Part shown: piece by piece, positions 57,301-64,000 of the stretch | How the letters are laid out: each line of letters begins with the position of its first letter | Numbering within the stretch: position 1 is the stretch's first letter | From: Isurus oxyrinchus | Taxonomy: Eukaryota | Assembly (NCBI GenBank): GCA_026770705.1 | Contig: JANJGN010000071.1 | Location: 1,922,001 to 1,986,000 of the forward strand | Reading direction: 5' to 3' | Length of the DNA: 64,000 nt | Program-made: the position numbers and the translations under genes | The notes under the pieces: generated by a model | Told to the model about the DNA's origin: nothing | The model's database searches: none | The model's input: the letters and a program-made list of their open reading frames with translations, nothing else

Positions 57301-60300
57301 AGCTCTTTACTTGAGCTCTTTCCCGTCACTGTGTCTTCAAAGGTTTCCTGAGCAGTCAGTACACTGCGATTTCAACCCTCTCTGATGCTGTGTCTCTGTT
57401 GTGGTCTGACCAAAGCGTCGAGGGTCGTCTCATGTCATGTAGCTCGATCTCAGGCTGTTCACCACATCATACCTGTACTGAATCTTGCTGCCAGAATGTT
57501 TGGCCACCACTGATCACCATGTTGTGTTTTTATAATGATATAAAGGCACCAGCCACTGATACGGAATTGGGTAAATACATTGTGGGTTCAGTTATTTAGA
57601 ACAGGGACATGAGAACAGATATACAAGGATAGAAAGCTGGGAGACACCTGCAGCCAAACTGTGTGAGCTGTGTTCTGCTCACAGGCCAAAGTGAAACTTG
57701 GACTGGATGGTGTTACCATCCCAGCTGATGTTACTACTGGGCAAGTCAGATCCCAGGGTGGAACTCAGCTTGATAGGTCCTAACTTTTATTTTTTATTTA
57801 GGAATGTGGAGTGCGGCTACTGAACAGAGTCACAGGAGTCATCTGATGAACGTCTAACAAAAGAATAAAACATTTATTAAACTAGGAAAGACAAACTATA
57901 TTACATTACTCCTTCACCCAGACCTATACCTTTACAGATACATAAGTAGAACACAAATTACGATAACTATCTTATATTCTCATGTTCACACTAAGTACAC
58001 AGTCCGTGTAAACCAATAGACGACCTGTGGTCAGGGACACAACATTCTGAAAGCAAGTGGCAGAGCCCACTTGAAACAACTTCTATGTCTCATCTGTCCC
58101 CAGACGCTTGTTACACTGTGAGCCAACCAGTCTCACTGAAAAGCTTCTTTCATATGAGAGTTTCCAATCTCCACTCTCCAAGAACTCTCTTTGGAATCTC
58201 CTCCAACATGACACTTTCACTCAGACACCTTCCACAAGGGTCCACTTTCACTATTTCAAACTCTCCTTCCCATGTTCCTGCCCCCTGGATCGCCACGTGC
58301 ATTCAGCCTTCCTTCCGCGCCCTGTCTCTCCAAAGCTCAGCCGTGTCAATGGAACACCATGGCTTCACATGGCCGTAGTAATGAGTCACCAACCTGTGGT
58401 GTCTCCCAGGATCTTCTGGCTTCTCGCAAGCCTATTTTGCTTTAGGCTTGTGTCCTGCTGCTTTCTCCCTTTATGCTTGAAGCCTTCTTCTGCTCCTCAC
58501 TCTTAACTTCACTTAACAGGGCCTTTTCCAGATTTGACTAGAAGGTTTTCTTGGGCCCTTTCTCCTGTTCCACTCGATGGTTTTGGCTTCTTCTTTACTT
58601 TGGGACTGACTATCTGTCCCGCTCCTTTGCTGCTTCTCCTGGCAACTCCTTTCAACAGAACTGAAAGTACTTTTCTGTTTTTCTCGGTCTCTGTGGGTCC
58701 CTCCCTCTGGATCACTGTTGCTAGGCAACAGCACAGTTTCTTACACCTTGTATTTGTTTTGACTTCCCTTCAATAGTCATAAAACCTCAAAGGAATGCTG
58801 GCTTCTTTTAAAGTCAAATTCTATCTTTTCAAAACACCTAAACACAAAAATACAAACTAAACTTGAACTTAAAGATAGACCTTATGCCTAACACACAAAT
58901 AGACACATAGAACTGACTTAAGCCATCCGCCGTTCCTATAGATCACATGACACACTTCCCCTCGAGTGATGTCATGCTGCTGTCCCTGAAAGGCATATTA
59001 CAACAGTGTTATCACTTGGCAGGTGATGTGTGCCAGGCAGACCAAGTCCATGAGAGAAAGGTGGTCACACGATCATAATGATTTTGCAATTTGTATTTAT
59101 TATGAGATGTGTGCACTGAATTCAGAAGCACTAATTACACCAAGAAAATTAGAGAATTAAAAAAATAAATTAAAATATTTGTCATCAAAATAAAAGGTTT
59201 CAAGCACATACATAAGACTACAATGACTGCTATAATAACTCCTCGAATTCCTAATTAACCTGATCCCCAGTTACACTCATTTTAAAGCAACAGACCAAAA
59301 ATAGATGTAAGATTTAAAACAAACTCAGCAAGTTAACCCAATGCCCTGGACAGTGGAATTCCAAATGGATTTTCCCCAACTTCAGTTCTGTTGGATAGCA
59401 GGCTTGTGCACAAACAGGGTCCTGAGGACCATGAGCCAATGTAGAATGAACTTGTCGACTCCTGTGTCCAGGATTCCCTTCCATCCGTTGTGAAACCTTG
59501 GGGAGTTCCATGTGTGTCCTGTAGATGGTCCACACAGCAGCCACTGTGCCCCAGTGATGGAGGGAGTGGATATCGAGTCTAGTGGATCTACAAATTATCC
59601 AGATTTAAATATTGATATTTCTCTCCCCAGTTGGACTGTCACAAGAATGGGAAAGTAACACTCCACGAGAGGTGACAGTGCAGGAAGGTTCATGTGTACA
59701 GATTCCATGTCATTACAATTACCCATCACATTTGTTAGAGAAAACACGTGTCGGAATCTGGAATATGAGGAGGGACAAATGGAATACATTGTCTATAGCC
59801 TTTCACTCCAAGGATCACAGTCACGAGTTATCACGGTTCCACCATCGGACCCGGCTGTCTGGAGACCTGAAAGATGGCGACTGTTCCCTGATTATAAACA
59901 ACATCAGACGGGGAGATGCAGGATTTTTTTTTTTCAGAATAGAATTTGACAATGGTCGGAGCCACAACTATTACCCTGAAACCCTGCTTCACGTTTCTGG
60001 TAAGTGCTGTGTTATAATTACTCAACAATTCACATTCAACACTCAATGGGAAATAATAGTGTTTGATTTGCTTGTTTTTTGGCCGTGTTAACCAGCGTCA
60101 CTATTTTTAATGATTTGTCTATTTCTGCTCCCAGATCCATGAGCTTATTGTGTGTGATTGAATCCACATCATAGCTGTAACGTAACCCGAGCTGAGGGGT
60201 GATGACACCTCCCCCCTGAGTGACGTGTCTCCTCCCCACTACACCTTCCACCCCTCACACCGTCAGGTCTGACCTGGTGACAGTGCGGAGCTAATCACCA

Positions 60301-63300
60301 AATCACACCTTGGCCTGACCCCCACCCCCACCTCCTCTGACACTTCCTCCTCCTTTGAATATCTCACCGTGTTCCACCCCTCTCATCTCTCCTTCTAAAT
60401 TCTCGTTCTCTATCGCTGATCACTCCAGGAATGATAAACATCTTCGCCCCAGGATATCTTCACTGCTTTCCTCCCTCAGTCTCTGCACCGACTGAATTCC
60501 CATCCTCGGAGATCTCAATCTCCATCTCATCTCATCCCGCTCGGTTATTCCAACTCACTCCTGGCTGGTCTCGCACATTCCACCCTCTGTAAACTTGGGG
60601 TCATCTAAAACTCAGCTGCCCCTTTCTTAACCAGCAGTAACTCCCGTTCCCTTATCCCCCACTGTACTCTCTGACCTTGAATGGCTCCTGGTCAAGCAAT
60701 GTCTTGATTTCAAAATGCTTGTCCTTGCTTCCTCCCTATCTCTGTAATCTCCTCCTGTGCGACAGCCTTCCCAGATTTCTGCACTCCTCTACCTCTGGAC
60801 TCTTCAGCATCCCTGATTTCCATCGCTCCAGCATGGACGGCCAAGCCTTCAGTAGCCTGGGTCCTGAGACTTAAATCCTTTCATCTTTCTATCTCCTCCT
60901 TTAAGGTGCTCCTTAAAACCCACCTCTTCAACCAAAGTTCTGATTATCTGACCTAATATCTCCTTATATGGCGTGGGACCATACTTTCTATTATAATGCT
61001 CCTGTGGAGCACCTTGGCATGTTATATTACAATATAGGCACTATATAAATATAATCTATTGTTCTATGCTCCTCTAGACCATTTAGATTCTTACTTTCGA
61101 GTTAACATGCAACCTGGTAACCAGGTGATAGCTTCCAGTTCAGTTCGAAAGCAACCTCTAATACTCACTTTAATATCAATGATTAAATGTACTGAGTATG
61201 TCCATCAATGTTATCAGGTTATCCACTCCCATCGATCTCTCTAATCCTGTCTCGAAGTCTGACATATCGACAGAAGAATGATTCACATTTCTGTAGCACA
61301 TTTCACCACCTCAGCACGGACCAAATCACTTCACAGCCAATGAGCTGATTCCTGAATTGTAGTTACTGTTGTAATGTGGGAAACACAACAACCAATTTGC
61401 GCACAGCAAGCTCCCACAAATTGACAGGTAACAAATGACCTAGATCGCTGAGTGAATGATGGGGTAGTGCACTCCAAACTCTGGTCTGCTCCTCCACTCT
61501 CACCCACTATTATCACTTCAAGTTTCTCGGAGTGAACGTGTATTAAGCTGAGAGACAGAAACACCAAAGTCTCGAAGCAGTAAAGTCTCTCCTGATCGTT
61601 GTAACCTCTCAGATCTGATATCATCCTTGTAAAAGTGCTTTCTCTTGTGGGACTATTTGAACTGATGCTTCACGTTATATTTCTCTAAAAGGATCCATTC
61701 TCTGTGTGTTAGATTTCACAGATAAACCCACGATATTCCCTGCTGAAATTATTGCAGGGAAGTGTGTGGATGTAAGCTGCACCTTCAACACAACGTGCAA
61801 TGGAACAGCAGCACCTGTCTTAACCTGGGACACTCCCACTGACGTACCTGGATCAGTCTCAAACACTGTAACTCAGCATGGTGTCACTCTGACCTATACT
61901 TCTGTTCTGACCCTGATCCCATCACTCAAACACCACGGACACACTCTCAGCTGCAGAGTGAGATATCCATCTGTTTCATCGGAGCGGACCCTCGTACTAA
62001 CTGTGCAAGGTAAGTACGGACATCCTTCATTCCAGATTAGCTGGAATATTCTAGATTATGCATAGAAGGATCCCATAGAGAGGTATTGTGATGAGAAACA
62101 GATCATCTGTTTTTTCGGGAAAATAGTGACCAGCACAACATTAATAACAGTTTCTGAACAGTAACACAGCGGCTTTTATTTCCAGCCAAGAGACCGATAG
62201 AGCAGAGCAGGAATCACAATGTACTCACCCCCTGACAGTGCAGCACTCCCTCAGTACTGACCCTCTGACAGTGCAGCACTCCCTCAGCACTGACCCTCTG
62301 ACAGTGCAGCACTCCCTCAGTACTGACCCTCTGACAGTGCAGCACTCCCTCAGTACTGACCCTCTGACAGTGCAGCACTCCCTCAGTACTGACCCTCCGA
62401 CAGTGCAGCACTCCCTTAGTACTGATCATCCCACAGTGTAGCACTCCCTCTGTACAGACCCTCTGACAGTGCAGCACTCCCTCAGTACTCACCCTCCAAC
62501 AGTGCAGCACTGCCTCAGGACTGACCCTCCGACAGTGCAGCACTCCCTCTATACTGACCCTCCAACAGTGCAGCACTCCTTCAGAACTGAACATTTGACA
62601 GTGCAGCACTCCCTCAGTACTGACCCTCGGACAATGCAGCTCTCCCTCAATACTGACCCTCTGACAGTGCAGCACTCCCTCAGTACTGACCCTCTGACAG
62701 GTCAGCACTCACTCCTTACTGAACTGAAGTGTCTGCCTGAATTGAGTGCTTTGTGGTGAAGGAACCTACATTGATATCACGCCTTTCACATTCTCAGTGT
62801 CTCTCAAAGTGCTTCACAGTCAGTGTAAGTAACTGATCTTCATTTGTTTTCAGACACACCACAGAATCTCTCAATTACTTCTCTTGATATGATTAACGCT
62901 TCATGGATCAATATAATTGAGGGGAATTCTGCAGTGATAATCTGCTCTGTCGAGAGCTTCCCAGCTTCTAACCTGACGTGGCGACATCTTAATGTCCCAA
63001 TGAACAGAACAAGTTCCAACAATGAGCTGTGGTTGGTGATTCCTCATGTTACATCCAGGGACACTGGAGACTATCAGTGTGTGGCAGAGAATGAACATGG
63101 AGCAGTGGAGGGGTTCATAACCATCACTGTGGAATGTGAGTTACACAGACTTCAACATCTCTCTCAGATTTGAACACATATACACAAATGATCAACCACA
63201 TGCACACACAAACACTCACTGCACTGGAGTCCCGGTGTCAGCTCTGATTCTGTGCTGAAGGAAGGTAAACTCCAGATCAACAAGACCCTGAATTGGATGA

Positions 63301-63905
63301 GCAACCTCCTGAACAGAGAAATGTAGATTTACACCTCAGTGCTCCATTGGTCAAATACAATTCATTGCCTGCCCAGCCCTTGGTGAAATACTGAGGATGT
63401 GAATGGAAGGTTCTTTCATTCTAGATGGACAGCACCTCAATGGGTGGGAGAATGTAACTGCAGTGTGACAGTTTACATAGGCAGTATCCATTGTAAATGT
63501 GACAGAGGAACGTATGCTGAGGAAGGTGCCTGGAATTGCATTCAGACATCAGATACAGAGAGATGATGCATGGAGTCTTGCTGTGCACTGTGATTGCTCA
63601 CATTAAAATCTTTATGTTTTTAGATGCCCCACAGAATCTCTCAATTACTTCTCTTGATATGATTAATGCTTCATCGATCAATATAATTGAGGGGAATTCT
63701 GCAGTGATAATCTGCTCTGTCGAGAGCTTCCCAGCTTCTAACCTGACGTGGCGACATCTTAATGTCCCAATGAACAGAACAAGTTCCAACAATGAGCTGT
63801 GGTTGGTGATTCCTCATGTTACATCCAGGGACACTGGAGACTATCAGTGTGTGGCAGAGAATGAACATGGAGCAGTGGAGGGGGTCATAACCATCACTGT
63901 GGAAC
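54304..63905 (+). CDS. Gene C: Siglec-like receptor, 3' end outside the window (leader-V-C2-Ig-Ig...)
   Basis: Five intact, phase-compatible exons; no TM exon inside the window. Confidence 0.85.
55345..59005 (-). mobile_element. Paralogous copy of the same Gypsy remnant and nested LTRs in gene C
   Basis: Gag ORFs 56692-56907 and 56236-56556 with zinc knuckle CGRCG..CPA...CKACRRKGH; LTR starts at 57520. Confidence 0.78.
59631..59999 (+). CDS. Gene C V-set exon
   Basis: 369 nt, near-identical to gene B V exon, Arg kept. Confidence 0.9.
61713..62009 (+). CDS. Gene C C2-set exon
   Basis: 297 nt; R to C change gives an extra Cys (AGKCVDVSC). Confidence 0.9.
62222..62722 (+). repeat. 33-bp minisatellite, same intron position as 8836-9135
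   Basis: About 15 units. Confidence 0.9.
62854..63135 (+). CDS. Gene C Ig repeat exon 1
   Basis: 282 nt, intact. Confidence 0.9.
63624..63905 (+). CDS. Gene C Ig repeat exon 2
   Basis: 282 nt, intact, donor GAAC|GTGAGT. Confidence 0.9.
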
Positions 63906-64000
63906 GTGAGTTACACAGAATTGAACGTTCTCTTGTTATTAGCTCATGGGATGTGGGCATTGTTGACAAGACCAGAAATTATTGCGCATCTGTTACTGCC

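Overview
Vertebrate genomic DNA, probably a cartilaginous fish (inferred from the CR1/Penelope repeat content and the 33-bp minisatellite; species cannot be determined here). It holds a tandem, plus-strand cluster of Siglec-like Ig-superfamily receptor genes, reconstructed by hand from GT-AG splice sites and exon phases. Gene A (about 1.5-24.6 kb) is complete: non-coding exon 1, leader, two V-set domains with the essential sialic-acid Arg, a Siglec C2 domain, ten near-identical 282-bp Ig exons, an uncharged TM and a tail with ITIM (LFYANI) and ITSM (TEYAQI); about 1440 aa, inhibitory type. An orphan 3' module (33.4-37.3 kb) has a truncated Ig exon, an intact second-type TM exon, a stray promoter/exon-1 copy and two tail exons with three YxN motifs. 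Gene B (39.4-51.4 kb) is leader-V-C2 joined to an unrelated TM exon with an intramembrane Arg and a short Tyr-free tail; about 281 aa, activating type. Gene C (53.7 kb to window end) is leader-V-C2-Ig-Ig and runs off the window; its last intron matches the orphan module. Together this looks like a paired or triple-output Siglec system. Introns carry CR1/L2 fragments, a Gypsy remnant shared by B and C, solo LTRs, an inverted Penelope insertion with hammerhead-ribozyme-like motifs, and mini/microsatellites. N-runs fall in CA/TG tracts. Expression and novelty were not tested.
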